A DNA stretch of 64,000 nucleotides. Source: Oscillospiraceae bacterium (GTDB lineage: Bacteria > Bacillota > Clostridia > Oscillospirales > CAG-272). Numbering within the stretch: position 1 is the stretch's first letter; every line of letters begins with the position of its first letter. Position numbers and translations under genes: made by a program. The stretch covers positions 70,311-134,310 of the forward strand of contig SVTQ01000001.1 of the NCBI GenBank assembly GCA_015063695.1. Direction: 5' to 3'. Shown here piece after piece: positions 34,235 through 44,216 of the stretch. A model generated the notes under the pieces. That model did not search any database. It was not told where the DNA came from and saw only the letters and a list, made by a program, of their open reading frames with translations.

Positions 34235-34265
34235 TAAAAAAGCACCCGCCGAAGCGAGTGCTTTT
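34235..34265 (-). terminator. Intrinsic terminator of the solute-binding protein gene
   Basis: Minus strand: gcactcgc-ttcg-gcgggtgc followed by tttttt, about 30 nt after the stop codon. Confidence 0.7.
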
Positions 34266-34290
34266 CATTGCCCGAGGGCTTTGTTTTCAA

Positions 34291-35811
34291 TTAGTCAAGA
34301 AGAGAAATTGCGTTGTATGTATCGTCAATAGCCTTCTTAAGTCTTGTTTCGGACTGCTTGTAAGCAGAAGCGATACCACGGCTCTGATACATCTTAGCAA
34401 GTGTATCGTTGATCGTCTTGCCGCTGCCGCCTACCTGGAGAACGTTTGTCCAGTCATAACGTCCGCAAGCCTTAACGATCTCGAGCATATCCTTGTTCTT
34501 TTCGATAGTCTGACGCTGACCCTTGATAGTTGTTTCGTAGTATGCGTTTACAACAGAGCCATCTTCATCTTTACCGGAAAGGTATGCAAGGTATTCAAGA
34601 ATTGTACCTGTACGTTCGAAGGAAGCGGAAGAGATACCGTCGTTACGAACCGTGTTGGGGATTGCGAAGATACCTGCGCAGGGGTCGATGTTAGCGCGGT
34701 ATTCAGTCTGGTTTTCGTCAAACTTAGGAAGCGGAACAACACCGTAGCCGCCTTCCATATCCTTGAATTCACGTGTGAGCTCGGGAGTACCGCCGATGAA
34801 GAGGGAGTGGCCCTTTGCGAAGTAGGAACGTGTGTATTCCCATTCGTCGTAACCTGTTCTGTCAGCACCGGAGTTGATCTGCTCGTGTGTGAATACGTGG
34901 TCAGCGTCTGTGAGAGTTTCCTTAAGCTTAGTGATGAGGTCAACTACCTTTGTTTCGCCGATAGCGAGTGTGTAGTAACCGTCAGCATCCTTAACTGTGT
35001 TTGTGATGTTACAACCTGCGATAAGGCCGTTTTCATCGGAGAATGTGATGTAACCGTAACGGTCTTCTTTTGTGAAGGAGGAACCGTCGCCGTCTGTATC
35101 GTCGTGTACGGCTGCAACCATTTCAAGGAACTTGTCGATGGTCCACTTGTTGGAGTCAACGAGATCCTGGGGATTTTCAAGGCCGTAAACGTCGATGATC
35201 TCGGGGTTGAAGAAGAGACAACCTGTCCAGGAGAGCTTACTCATTGTAATATCGTTGATTGCAACGTAAGTTTTTCCTGCGATCGTAAGGTCTTCGTTAG
35301 CTGCAGGGCTCCAGTAGTCGTTTTCCATGTTGATGTAGCCTGCTTCGTCAAGCTCTCTGAAATCATAGAAGAGGTTGGATGTGATAACGGGACCGAAACG
35401 GAGACCCCATCCGTAGATAACGTCGAAGCAGTAGTCGCCTGCCATGTAGTATTCCTGAAGTTCTTCTGCGCCTTCGCCGGCGAGCTTTTCTTCGATCACT
35501 ACGCGGTATTTGTCTTCACATGCCTTGTTTCTCTTGAACACAGCGTCGTTTGTAGCAACACCTGTGATTGCTTCGGCATCGATCCACTGACCGCAGTAAT
35601 ACTCGTTGGTATCTGTGCTGGAAGTGAACTTAGCGAATGTGAAAACTTCGTTTTCGTAGTCGGCTGCTGCAAATGCGCCGTTGTCAGAGCTTGCTTCGCC
35701 GCCGTTAGGGTTTACGAATTCTTCGGGACCCTTGTCGCAGGAAGTGAGCATCAGAGCTGACATGCAGAAGCAAGCAACCAGAAGGAGTGCAAGAATGCGT
35801 TTGAAGTTCAT
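34291..35811 (-). CDS. ABC-transporter extracellular solute-binding lipoprotein (large carbohydrate-type)
   Basis: Lipobox LMLTS-C. About 500 aa, rich in aromatic and acidic residues as in family-1 sugar binding proteins. Start at ATG 35811 (GTGAGG RBS). No permease or ATPase genes are adjacent. Confidence 0.7.
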   Translation of the reverse strand: MNFKRILALLLVACFCMSALMLTSCDKGPEEFVNPNGGEASSDNGAFAAADYENEVFTFAKFTSSTDTNEYYCGQWIDAEAITGVATNDAVFKRNKACEDKYRVVIEEKLAGEGAEELQEYYMAGDYCFDVIYGWGLRFGPVITSNLFYDFRELDEAGYINMENDYWSPAANEDLTIAGKTYVAINDITMSKLSWTGCLFFNPEIIDVYGLENPQDLVDSNKWTIDKFLEMVAAVHDDTDGDGSSFTKEDRYGYITFSDENGLIAGCNITNTVKDADGYYTLAIGETKVVDLITKLKETLTDADHVFTHEQINSGADRTGYDEWEYTRSYFAKGHSLFIGGTPELTREFKDMEGGYGVVPLPKFDENQTEYRANIDPCAGIFAIPNTVRNDGISSASFERTGTILEYLAYLSGKDEDGSVVNAYYETTIKGQRQTIEKNKDMLEIVKACGRYDWTNVLQVGGSGKTINDTLAKMYQSRGIASAYKQSETRLKKAIDDTYNAISLLD

Positions 35812-35894
35812 TTTGTACCTCACTTTTTAAATATATATTTTTTTATTTTTTATATCATAAAGCCTTGCCTTACGGAAAGGACTTGTTTTTATTC

Positions 35895-37286
35895 TCAGTC
35901 TACGATGACCGTTTCAAGGCCGAGGATCTTTGCGAAGAATTCAACCTCGGAAATTGTTGCATCATAGATAAGGGAGCTGTGGTGAGTAACACCCGCCATG
36001 CTTATTCTTTCAAGGAATTCGGGAAGGGGCATCTTGGGACGCATCCAGCCTCTCACTGTGCCGACAAAGTTATCTTCTCTTACGTCGAGCATCTCAACGG
36101 GAGAGATAAGCATTGTGTAGGTGCCCTTTTCGTTCTTGAATACGTTTGTGAAGATGGCCTCGCCGCCCTTATAGCAGCCGTAGCCTACGATGGGATCGTC
36201 AGCTTCGCCGAAGATGAAGGATATCTTCTTCATTTCGCTCTTGCCGTTTGCAAGCGCCATATTGTATTCACCCATGTGGCTGAGCATAAGGGAGCCTCCC
36301 TTCCAGTCGGGGCAGAAGATTTCAACGAATGCCGCTGTGCCGAAGCCGCGCATCATAGCGCCCGTTACAGCCGCAGTCATAACGTCGCCTTCGCCTGCGT
36401 AACCGATGCCGCGAGCCATTGCTTTACATGCTTCCATGAAAGGCATGATCTCAAGACCGTTTTCGGGACGGATCTCACGGAAGTTTACGGTGAACGCTTC
36501 AAGTCCGTGCTTTTCTATCCAGTGTCTTACTGCGAGACAGTTTCTTACGGTCTTTCTGTGAGTTTCCTCGTCGATATCGCTGATGGCTATGTAGTTTTCT
36601 GCATCCCATGCCATTTCAGCTTCGATCTCTTCGTCGGTAACTTCGTTTCTGAGAGCTGTGAGCTCTGCGCCGTCGGAATAAACTGCTTCAACGCCGAAAA
36701 CTTCTTTCAGTTCTTCGTCGGAGATAAGGAAGTCGCCCATGCCGTCAAAGCTGCCGCCGATGGTGCCTACCTTTGTTCCCTTGAGGCTTGCCGCACCCAC
36801 TGCCGCCTTAACGTAGCCTGCCGCTTTTTCAACCACGTTTGATGTGGGATAGTGGCCTGCCGCGATAGCGTAAGCCTTGCCTGCTCTTTTCAGCATATTG
36901 GTCATATCCATTACGCCGTGGATGCCGTGGCAGTAGTTGAGCTCGTCGCCGTCCTGAAGGGGGCTGAAGTCATAAACCTCGGTGGTGTCGAGAACTACGA
37001 TGGGAAGGGACGTTCCCGAAAGAACTTTGATACATTCAAGGGAGGGTGAGTAAGCCGCGTGCCACGTTACGATGCAGTCAGCGCCTTCCTCTTCAAACTT
37101 TGAAACAGCCGCCTTGAATTCTTCTTCAACGTTGCAGAAGGGGCTTCTCATTACGTCAAATCCAAGCTCTTCAAATCTGCATGCAAGCTCTTCATAGAAG
37201 GGCTCTGTGCGGGGACGGACTACGAAGCCGCAGTCGTCATAAAGTTTAATGTATAAGGGCAAAAAGCCGATTTTAATCTTTTTCAA
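35895..37286 (-). CDS. L-fucose/L-arabinose isomerase-family protein (tentative)
   Basis: KIGFLPLYIKLYD N-terminus and an overall size and pattern reminiscent of AraA/FucI-like isomerases. This assignment is from memory only. Confidence 0.45.
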   Translation of the reverse strand: MKKIKIGFLPLYIKLYDDCGFVVRPRTEPFYEELACRFEELGFDVMRSPFCNVEEEFKAAVSKFEEEGADCIVTWHAAYSPSLECIKVLSGTSLPIVVLDTTEVYDFSPLQDGDELNYCHGIHGVMDMTNMLKRAGKAYAIAAGHYPTSNVVEKAAGYVKAAVGAASLKGTKVGTIGGSFDGMGDFLISDEELKEVFGVEAVYSDGAELTALRNEVTDEEIEAEMAWDAENYIAISDIDEETHRKTVRNCLAVRHWIEKHGLEAFTVNFREIRPENGLEIMPFMEACKAMARGIGYAGEGDVMTAAVTGAMMRGFGTAAFVEIFCPDWKGGSLMLSHMGEYNMALANGKSEMKKISFIFGEADDPIVGYGCYKGGEAIFTNVFKNEKGTYTMLISPVEMLDVREDNFVGTVRGWMRPKMPLPEFLERISMAGVTHHSSLIYDATISEVEFFAKILGLETVIVD

Positions 37287-37307
37287 TTTTTTGTACCTTG
37301 TTTTCTT

Positions 37308-38333
37308 TTAAATTTCCATTCCGAAAAGCCTTGCCGCATTCTTGTACATGATATTCTCAACGTCCTCTCTTGAGAGGTTCAGAATTTCGGCGCACTTTTT
37401 GAAGGAGCGAAGCTCCTCGTACATGAAGGTGGTGATGTCAGTTTCGTTCGTTTCTCTCATATGAGGGTCATCGGAAACGTCGCCGTAGGCACCACGCGGA
37501 ACAACGTTTACGTAGCTGCCGTTTTCCACTATTCTGTACATTCTCATTTTTGTAATGGGCATGTCGGAGCCAAACATAAGTCTTTCGGTTCCCACCGCCT
37601 TAATACACTCAACCATAGCCTCGGTAAGAGTGTTTGCGGTGAAATCGAACATCATGTTTTTGGTGTTCTTCAGAATTTCAAATGAATCTCCGATATCCTC
37701 AACGGCATAAGCTCTGCCGATGTGAGCGATTATTACCTTGGCGTTGGGATATTTTTCTTCGATCTCCATCATCTGCGCCAGGTTGATGGGGTCGCGGAGT
37801 CTGAGGGAACGGGGAATATGAAGCATTACGATACCGCCAAGCTCATCCATTACCTCAAGGTGTTCGTGGGTGAGAAAGTCAAAAATTCTCACTTCCTTTT
37901 CGGGTATGTAGGAGGGGGAGTTGTTAAGGTAGGGCTTTATTCCCGCGAAGCCGCGCGCCATGGCATCTCTTATCTCTTCCTTCGTAGAGTTCCAGTTTGT
38001 GCAGTAAAGAGCAGGGATGTTATCTCTTTTTGCACACTCGAGAGCGTATTCATTTACCTCATCGAGTCTGCAGGTGGGCATGCCCATGATAACTGCGCTG
38101 ACCTTTTTGCCGGGGAACATCTGCGAGAAGGACTGCCACATGTCGTCTATCTGCAGGTCGGGCGCAACGATATGGGGCCACATAACACAGCCTTTTCTGT
38201 CCTCGGACTCCCATTTCTGCATTTCTTCCTTGTAGATATGAACGTGACAGTCTATAATTTTATCGGGCAGAAAGTCTTTCAGTTCTTCTTCCCAGACTTT
38301 TCTGTCGTAATCGGTTACGTTTACTCCGAACAT
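37308..38333 (-). CDS. Amidohydrolase-superfamily (TIM-barrel metal-dependent hydrolase) protein
   Basis: The N-terminal metal-binding pair in IDCHVHIY, later His (MLHIPR, IIAHIG) and Asp (FGSDMP) ligands typical of amidohydrolase_2. Confidence 0.65.
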   Translation of the reverse strand: MFGVNVTDYDRKVWEEELKDFLPDKIIDCHVHIYKEEMQKWESEDRKGCVMWPHIVAPDLQIDDMWQSFSQMFPGKKVSAVIMGMPTCRLDEVNEYALECAKRDNIPALYCTNWNSTKEEIRDAMARGFAGIKPYLNNSPSYIPEKEVRIFDFLTHEHLEVMDELGGIVMLHIPRSLRLRDPINLAQMMEIEEKYPNAKVIIAHIGRAYAVEDIGDSFEILKNTKNMMFDFTANTLTEAMVECIKAVGTERLMFGSDMPITKMRMYRIVENGSYVNVVPRGAYGDVSDDPHMRETNETDITTFMYEELRSFKKCAEILNLSREDVENIMYKNAARLFGMEI

Positions 38334-38483
38334 TATCTGCCTCTCATATTATATATATTTCTTCATATAAAAGATACCATAAAAGAATTAAAAAGTCAAC
38401 TGATAAATAACTAATTTTTAAAAGCGGAAATAATTAACTTTTGTCATGCTTTCTCCTTCCGTTTGTTAAGACGGAAAAACGGC

Positions 38484-38517
38484 GAAAAAAGTTCCGCCCG
38501 TTTGAGAATAAGGGCGG
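38484..38517 (-). terminator. Intrinsic terminator of dapA
   Basis: Minus strand: ccgccc-ttattctcaaac-gggcgg followed by aacttttttc. Confidence 0.55.
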
Positions 38518-38532
38518 AGGTTTTCGGCCTTT

Positions 38533-39420
38533 TTATATGACGCTCAGATTTCTTAGAACATCCGTGAGATATTCTCTGTTTTTTTCGCTCATTTCGCAGA
38601 GAGGAAGGCGGAATTCGGCGTTGCAAAAGCCCATTTCGGCAAGTGCCGTTTTGACGGGAATGGGGTTTATCTCGCAGAAAAGAGCTTTGATAAGAGGGTG
38701 CAGAGAGGCAGAGAGCTCTGATGCCCGTTTTGTGTTTTCTGCAAACGCCAAATTGCATAATCCGACTACCATTTCGGGTACAATATTTGAGAGAACGGAG
38801 ATGACTCCGTCGCCGCCCAGTGCGAGGATCGGAAGGTTTATTTCATCTGCTCCCGAATAGATAAAATACCGCTCTTTGAACAGAGAAATAAGCTCCGCGC
38901 TCCTTGCGGCATTCCCCGATGCTTCCTTTATTCCGAGGATATTTTCGGTGTCCTGAAGCTCTTCGTAAACTTCTGTTGGAATATCAACTCCCGTCCTTCC
39001 GGGGACGTTGTAAAGTATTATGGGAAGCTTAGTTGCCGAGGCTATTTTTTTGTAGTGGAGAACAAGTCCCCGAGGGGTCGCCTTGTTGTAATAGGGGGTA
39101 ACTGAGAGTATGCCGTCTGCACCCAGATCTTCGGCGAGAGCGGTCTTATATTCGGCATTTGCCGTTGAATTTGAACCGCACCCTGCAATAACGGGAACCT
39201 TTCCCTTTGAATGATCTACGGCAAAGGAGAGCGTATCTCTCCATTCTCTGTCGGAAAGAGTGCAGGATTCCCCCGTTGTGCCGCTTATGACAAGGGCGTT
39301 TATGCCGGAGCTTATTTGAAAATCAAGGATCTTTTCAAAGGCTGAATAATCAACGTTTCCGTTTTTAAAGGGGGTGACTACGGCAGTTGCCGCGCCCCGA
39401 AAAAGCTGTTTGTTTTTCAT
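38533..39420 (-). CDS. dapA: 4-hydroxy-tetrahydrodipicolinate synthase
   Basis: GAATAVVTPF, GTTGES, YNVPGRTG, and the Schiff-base Lys context GIKEASG. Confidence 0.92.
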   Translation of the reverse strand: MKNKQLFRGAATAVVTPFKNGNVDYSAFEKILDFQISSGINALVISGTTGESCTLSDREWRDTLSFAVDHSKGKVPVIAGCGSNSTANAEYKTALAEDLGADGILSVTPYYNKATPRGLVLHYKKIASATKLPIILYNVPGRTGVDIPTEVYEELQDTENILGIKEASGNAARSAELISLFKERYFIYSGADEINLPILALGGDGVISVLSNIVPEMVVGLCNLAFAENTKRASELSASLHPLIKALFCEINPIPVKTALAEMGFCNAEFRLPLCEMSEKNREYLTDVLRNLSVI

Positions 39421-39521
39421 ATTATATGTACCGCCTTTTGCATTTTATTTCATTTTATGACGGAAAAAGCCATTTTGACACAGCAGGAGGAAAGGGCGGA
39501 GCATAAATTTTTGTTTAAATA

Positions 39522-39550
39522 TTGACACGGTGACCTGTTACATTTATAAT
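39522..39550 (+). promoter_or_regulatory. Consensus sigma-A promoter of asnA
   Basis: TTGACA (39522-27), 17-nt spacer, TATAAT (39545-50). Confidence 0.65.
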
Positions 39551-39615
39551 ATTAGTTAGTATTTCATTGATGAAGGTCTGTCTTTTATGGGGCCTTCGGA
39601 CAAGGAGAGATCGTT

Positions 39616-40617
39616 ATGGCACTGACCATTCCAAAGGATTATAAATCACATCTCAACATCAGATATACCCAGCTTGCCATCAAAAAGGTCAAGGACTTTT
39701 TTGAGCGCGACCTCGCAATAGAGCTTAATCTGACCCGTGTTTCCGCACCCGTTTTCGTGGACTCCGAAAGCGGTCTTAACGATAACCTGAACGGCGTTGA
39801 ACGTCCCGTTTCCTTTACTATCCGCGACGAGGGTAATTTTGAAATAGTTCATTCTCTTGCAAAGTGGAAGAGAATGGCGCTTCGCGATTACGGCTTTGAA
39901 GTGGGCGAAGGTCTCTATACCGATATGACGGCTCTGCGCCGTGACGAGGAGACCGACAACATCCACTCCATCTACGTTGACCAGTGGGACTGGGAGAAGG
40001 TCATCTCCAAAGAGGACAGATGCGAGAAGACCCTGAAAAAGACCGTAAAATATATTTACGAGGCATTAAGACATACCGAAAACTATATCGTTGACGACTA
40101 TAACTTTATCGGCAGACTTCTTCCCGAGAAGATAACCTTTATCTATTCCTCGGAGCTTGAAGAGCGTTATCCCGATAAGACCGCCAAGGAAAGAGAATAT
40201 CTTGCGGTCAAGGAATACGGAGCTATCTTCCTTATGAAGATAGGCGGCGCCCTTGCAAGCGGAAAGCCTCACGACGGAAGAGCCCCCGACTATGACGACT
40301 GGGAGCTCAACGGCGACATTATCGTTTACTATCCCGTCCTTGATATAGCACTTGAGCTTTCCTCAATGGGTATCAGAGTTGACGAGGAGGCACTCCGCCG
40401 TCAGCTTGAAATTGCAGGATGCGAGGACAGAGCGTCTCTTCCTTTCCACAAGGCGCTTCTGAACGGTGAGCTTCCTTATACCATAGGCGGAGGTATCGGT
40501 CAGTCCAGAATGTGTATGTTCTTCCTTCGTAAAGCTCATATCGGCGAGGTTCAGAGCTCTTACTGGTCCCCCGAGGTGAGAGAAGAGTGCAAGAAGAACG
40601 GAATTTATCTGCTTTAA
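39616..40617 (+). CDS. asnA: Aspartate-ammonia ligase (asparagine synthetase A)
   Basis: 333 aa, collinear with E. coli AsnA (class-II aaRS-like: ..RDE..D..H..YVDQWDWE.., GGGIGQSR). Confidence 0.9.
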   Translation: MALTIPKDYKSHLNIRYTQLAIKKVKDFFERDLAIELNLTRVSAPVFVDSESGLNDNLNGVERPVSFTIRDEGNFEIVHSLAKWKRMALRDYGFEVGEGLYTDMTALRRDEETDNIHSIYVDQWDWEKVISKEDRCEKTLKKTVKYIYEALRHTENYIVDDYNFIGRLLPEKITFIYSSELEERYPDKTAKEREYLAVKEYGAIFLMKIGGALASGKPHDGRAPDYDDWELNGDIIVYYPVLDIALELSSMGIRVDEEALRRQLEIAGCEDRASLPFHKALLNGELPYTIGGGIGQSRMCMFFLRKAHIGEVQSSYWSPEVREECKKNGIYLL

Positions 40618-40649
40618 AATAATAAACCGAAAAGAAGGAGAATGAAAAA

Positions 40650-41426
40650 ATGACAGTTCTTGAATTCATGAAAAAGGTCGACGGTCCGGGATTTCAGACA
40701 GAGGGAACGGTTGACAATTTTAAATACGGCGATACAGACCGCGAGGTAAAGAAGGTCGTAACCTGCCTTACCGCAACGGTTGACGTGCTGAAGGCGGCAA
40801 AAGAATGGGGTGCCGATCTTCTTATTACTCACGAACCCACTTATTATACTCACGTTGATTTTATTGACGAATATCCTCTCGTAAAAATGAAGGAAGCACT
40901 TGTTAAGGAGTGCGATATTCCCATTTGCCGTTTTCATGACCACATGCACTTCGGCCGCGACGATATGATATCTCTCGGCTTCCTTAAGTACATCGGTTGG
41001 AAGGGTACCTTTGACGGTGACGTTGAGTTTATTCTTGATGAACCAAAAAGCCCCCTTGAAATAGCAAAGGAAATTGAGGAAAAGATGGATGTGCGCCACG
41101 TGAGAATTGTCGGCGCAAGAGAAGGAAAGGTTACAAAGATCGGGCTCTTCCTCGGTCACCGAGGCGACGAATGTTGGGGAAAGCTTAGTAAATCCGATAA
41201 GTACGAGCTTGCCCTCGGCGGCGAATGGTGCGAATGGTGTGACGGCGAAAAGATCCGTGACGCAGCTCAGTTCGGTCAGCAGAAGACAGCTCTTATGCTG
41301 GGTCACTGCGCAAGTGAACGCTACGGCATGAAGTACCTCGCAGAACTTATAAATGAAGAATATGCATCAGAAGGCATCGAAGCACTTTATATCGAAAGCG
41401 GAGAACTGTTTACATATACGGACTAA
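40650..41426 (+). CDS. NIF3-family (DUF34) dinuclear-metal protein
   Basis: GADLLITHEPTYY and C-terminal ..LGHCASERYGM.. metal-ligand patterns. Confidence 0.75.
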   Translation: MTVLEFMKKVDGPGFQTEGTVDNFKYGDTDREVKKVVTCLTATVDVLKAAKEWGADLLITHEPTYYTHVDFIDEYPLVKMKEALVKECDIPICRFHDHMHFGRDDMISLGFLKYIGWKGTFDGDVEFILDEPKSPLEIAKEIEEKMDVRHVRIVGAREGKVTKIGLFLGHRGDECWGKLSKSDKYELALGGEWCEWCDGEKIRDAAQFGQQKTALMLGHCASERYGMKYLAELINEEYASEGIEALYIESGELFTYTD

Positions 41427-41618
41427 CAAAATCGGGGCGGAATTTTCCGCCCCATAATTCTATTATAATTTTAAAAAGTATTTGCAGTGCTTGTTTGCGA
41501 TATGGTTTGATGTAAATGGATTAATTTTTCAAATCAACAGTTATTTTGTTTTGTGTTGTTCAGTTCTTTGTTTTGAAGCTGTATAATACAGTTGCAAAAT
41601 TCAAAGGAGGTTCGTTAT

Positions 41619-41969
41619 ATGAACACAGACAAGATCATTGCAGAATCCATAGCAAAGGATTATGCACCTAAGGACAATTCAAAAATCGTTGCTCTCAAAA
41701 AGCTTGATAACAAGGCAAAGCTTCCCGCTGTTATTTTTGCTTATTCTTGCGGTATAATATCAGCACTTGTTTTCGGTACGGGAATGTGTCTTGCCATGCA
41801 GGTCATAGGCAATGGTGTTACGGGTATGGTAATGGGAGTTATCGTCGGCATTATCGGTCTTTTGGGCTGCGGAGTGAACTATCCGATTTACAAGAAGATA
41901 CTTGGAAAGGGTAAGTCCAAATATGCTTATGAGATCGTACGGCTTGCCCGAGAAATAAGCGAAAGCTAA
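41619..41969 (+). CDS. Small membrane protein (2 TM), unknown function
   Basis: ATG 41619 with AAAGGAGG 8 nt upstream. Two hydrophobic helices. Immediately upstream of a TetR-family regulator gene. Confidence 0.55.
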   Translation: MNTDKIIAESIAKDYAPKDNSKIVALKKLDNKAKLPAVIFAYSCGIISALVFGTGMCLAMQVIGNGVTGMVMGVIVGIIGLLGCGVNYPIYKKILGKGKSKYAYEIVRLAREISES

Positions 41970-42011
41970 CAGATAACAATCCTGCAAGGGATGATAACAA
42001 GGGGTGGTAAT

Positions 42012-42602
42012 ATGAACAAATCCGAAAGCAAATATTTTAATACTGCCGCTAAAATGGACCTTGCGCTTATTTTTCTGTTGAAAAAGAAGCCTTTCGAATA
42101 CATTACCGTAAGCGAAATATGCAAAACGGCGGGGGTGAACCGTTCAACCTTTTATTTGCATTATGAGACCATCGGAGATTTGCTCGATGAAACGACAAAG
42201 TATTTGTTGAATGACTTTTTGTCTTATTTCGGAGCAGATCTAAAGTCAGTCGCGTTTAATTTAAAGGATCGTGAGCTTAGTGAATTGGTTTTTATTTGCG
42301 ATAAATACCTTACCCCTTATCTATCATATATAAAAGACCATAGGGAAGTGTTTTTAACAGCACTGCTGCACAATAAAACTTTTGGTTTTGAAGCTGTATA
42401 TAAGAGGCTGTTTGAAAGCATTTTCAATCCTATTCTTGAACGTTTTGATTATCCGAAGGATGATAGAAAATATGTTATGATGTATTATCTCAACGGGATC
42501 ACGGCGATAATAAACGTATGGTTAAAAGACGGTTGCAGCAAATCCGTTAAGGAGATATCAAAGATCATAACGATCTGTATCTACGGATTTAAAGCGGAAT
42601 GA
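42012..42602 (+). CDS. TetR/AcrR-family transcriptional regulator
   Basis: N-terminal HTH ITVSEICKTAGVNRSTFYLHYETIGDLL. Start at ATG 42012 (GGGGTGG RBS). Confidence 0.85.
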   Translation: MNKSESKYFNTAAKMDLALIFLLKKKPFEYITVSEICKTAGVNRSTFYLHYETIGDLLDETTKYLLNDFLSYFGADLKSVAFNLKDRELSELVFICDKYLTPYLSYIKDHREVFLTALLHNKTFGFEAVYKRLFESIFNPILERFDYPKDDRKYVMMYYLNGITAIINVWLKDGCSKSVKEISKIITICIYGFKAE

Positions 42603-42689
42603 CGTGTATTTTGTTTTTAGCAGACAAAAAGCAGAGTGAAGAGGCACACTCCGTAAGGAAGCGCTCCTCTTCGCCCTGCTTTTTGAATT

Positions 42690-44147
42690 TTACATTATCT
42701 TAGAAAGAAGCTCTCTGTATTTTGCGTACTTCTTATCGTAGAAGGCATAAAGCTCGGGTCTGTCAAGCTCCAGTTTTTTGCTTCTTACCATAGCCGCTTT
42801 ACCTTCGTTATAGTCTGCGTAAACTCCGAGCCCGACGAAAGCAGACATGGCAGCACCTACACAGCAGGTCTCGGGTTCTTCCATGCGGTAGACCTCACAG
42901 CCCGTAACGTAGCCGACTATCTCGCTCCAGAGCTGGCTTCTTGCGGCACCGCCCGTCATCATCAGCTTATTTATCTTCATGCCCTTTGCGGCAAATTCTT
43001 CAAGAACGCATCTTGCTTCAAAGGCAACGCCTTCCATGAAAGCACGTCCGATGTGATACTTATCGTGGGAGAGGTCAAAGCCTATCACGGCACCGCCCAT
43101 ATCGGGTCTGTTATGAGGAAATCCTGCTCCTGCAACGTAGGGGAAAACGAAAAGGTTCTCAGAGCTTTCGAGTCTCTTTTCCGCTTCAATATCCATGGTC
43201 TTGAAATCGCCGTCAATAAGGTTTTTGTACCATTTGAGGGCACTTCCTGCGCTGACGAGGGATGCCATGGCACCGTAGTTTCCCGCAGGGTGGATGCCGG
43301 GGCAGATGTGGTTATCTGTGTAGAGAAGGGAGTCTGTAACGCCGAGAACTACCCATGCGGTTCCCGTTGCAAGGAGCATGTCTCCGGACTCAACGGCACC
43401 GCTGCCGAGAGCTGCGCAGTACTGGTCGTGTGCTCCGTTGAATACGGTAACGTCCTCGGAAAGACCGAGAGCCTCTGCCGCCTTTGCGGAGAGCTTGCCG
43501 ACGGGGGCTCCCATGGGGATGACCTTGGGAAGAAGCTCTTCTGTGATGCCGAGGGCTTCAAGGATCTCGCCGTCCCATTTTCCTGTCTTTATGTTGAAAA
43601 GCTGACGGATTGCGGCATTCGTGGGGTCAGCCACAAACTTTCCCGTCAGATGGAAGTTTACAAATTCAAGAGTAGAGGGGAAGCAGGCGGTCTTTTTTAA
43701 AACTTCGGGAAGGTTTTTCTTTATCCAGAGTATCTTTGCCGCATCCCCTGCAGGGGTAAGAGGCCAGCCGCATTTTTCGTATACCTTTTCTCTGCCGACG
43801 GCACTATCAAGGAAGGAGGCTTCCTCAGCGGCGCGGGAATCCATCCACGTAATAACGTCGCAAAGGGGATTTCCTTCAGCATCGCATGCAAGCATACTTG
43901 CGCCCTGTGTGGAAATACCGATGGCGCAGATCTTTTCATCGTTCCCTTTTTCTCTGAGCTCTTTAACGGAGCAGTTTACAGTGTAAACAACGGCATCCCA
44001 CCAGTCCTCTGCCTTCTGGGAAACTCTTCCTCCGCCTTCGCTTATAAGCTCATATTCTTTGTAAGCACCTGCAAGTATTCTGCCTTTTTCATCGGCGATA
44101 ACCGCTTTTGTGCCTGTTGTTCCTACGTCAAGTCCGATTACTAACAT
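42690..44147 (-). CDS. FGGY-family carbohydrate kinase
   Basis: MLVIGLDVGTTGTKAV phosphate-1 motif and C-terminal MTGGAARS motif. Start at ATG 44147 (AAGAGGA RBS). Substrate not assignable. Confidence 0.85.
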   Translation of the reverse strand: MLVIGLDVGTTGTKAVIADEKGRILAGAYKEYELISEGGGRVSQKAEDWWDAVVYTVNCSVKELREKGNDEKICAIGISTQGASMLACDAEGNPLCDVITWMDSRAAEEASFLDSAVGREKVYEKCGWPLTPAGDAAKILWIKKNLPEVLKKTACFPSTLEFVNFHLTGKFVADPTNAAIRQLFNIKTGKWDGEILEALGITEELLPKVIPMGAPVGKLSAKAAEALGLSEDVTVFNGAHDQYCAALGSGAVESGDMLLATGTAWVVLGVTDSLLYTDNHICPGIHPAGNYGAMASLVSAGSALKWYKNLIDGDFKTMDIEAEKRLESSENLFVFPYVAGAGFPHNRPDMGGAVIGFDLSHDKYHIGRAFMEGVAFEARCVLEEFAAKGMKINKLMMTGGAARSQLWSEIVGYVTGCEVYRMEEPETCCVGAAMSAFVGLGVYADYNEGKAAMVRSKKLELDRPELYAFYDKKYAKYRELLSKIM

Positions 44148-44216
44148 TTTAAATCCTCTTTTCAATAGATAAGGGACGCTATTAAAACAGCGCCCCTTTT
44201 TATGTTCTTTACTTAA

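Noticed and set aside
34258-35760. A 500-aa plus-strand ORF, and similar long ORFs at 8598-9734, 10701-11654, 21628-22881, 23701-24459, 35865-36842, 44850-45782, 53216-54307, 58451-59248 and 61637-62809.
   Set aside because: Each lies entirely antisense to a gene with clear family motifs and an RBS. Their translations are low-complexity (Cys/Val/Gly/Arg-rich) with no motifs and no RBS. They look like shadow ORFs caused by codon bias (few sense codons whose complement is a stop).
39421-39521. A lysine riboswitch upstream of dapA.
   Set aside because: Only about 100 nt are available between the dapA start and the divergent asnA promoter, which is too short for an L-box (~180 nt). No conserved L-box helices were seen.
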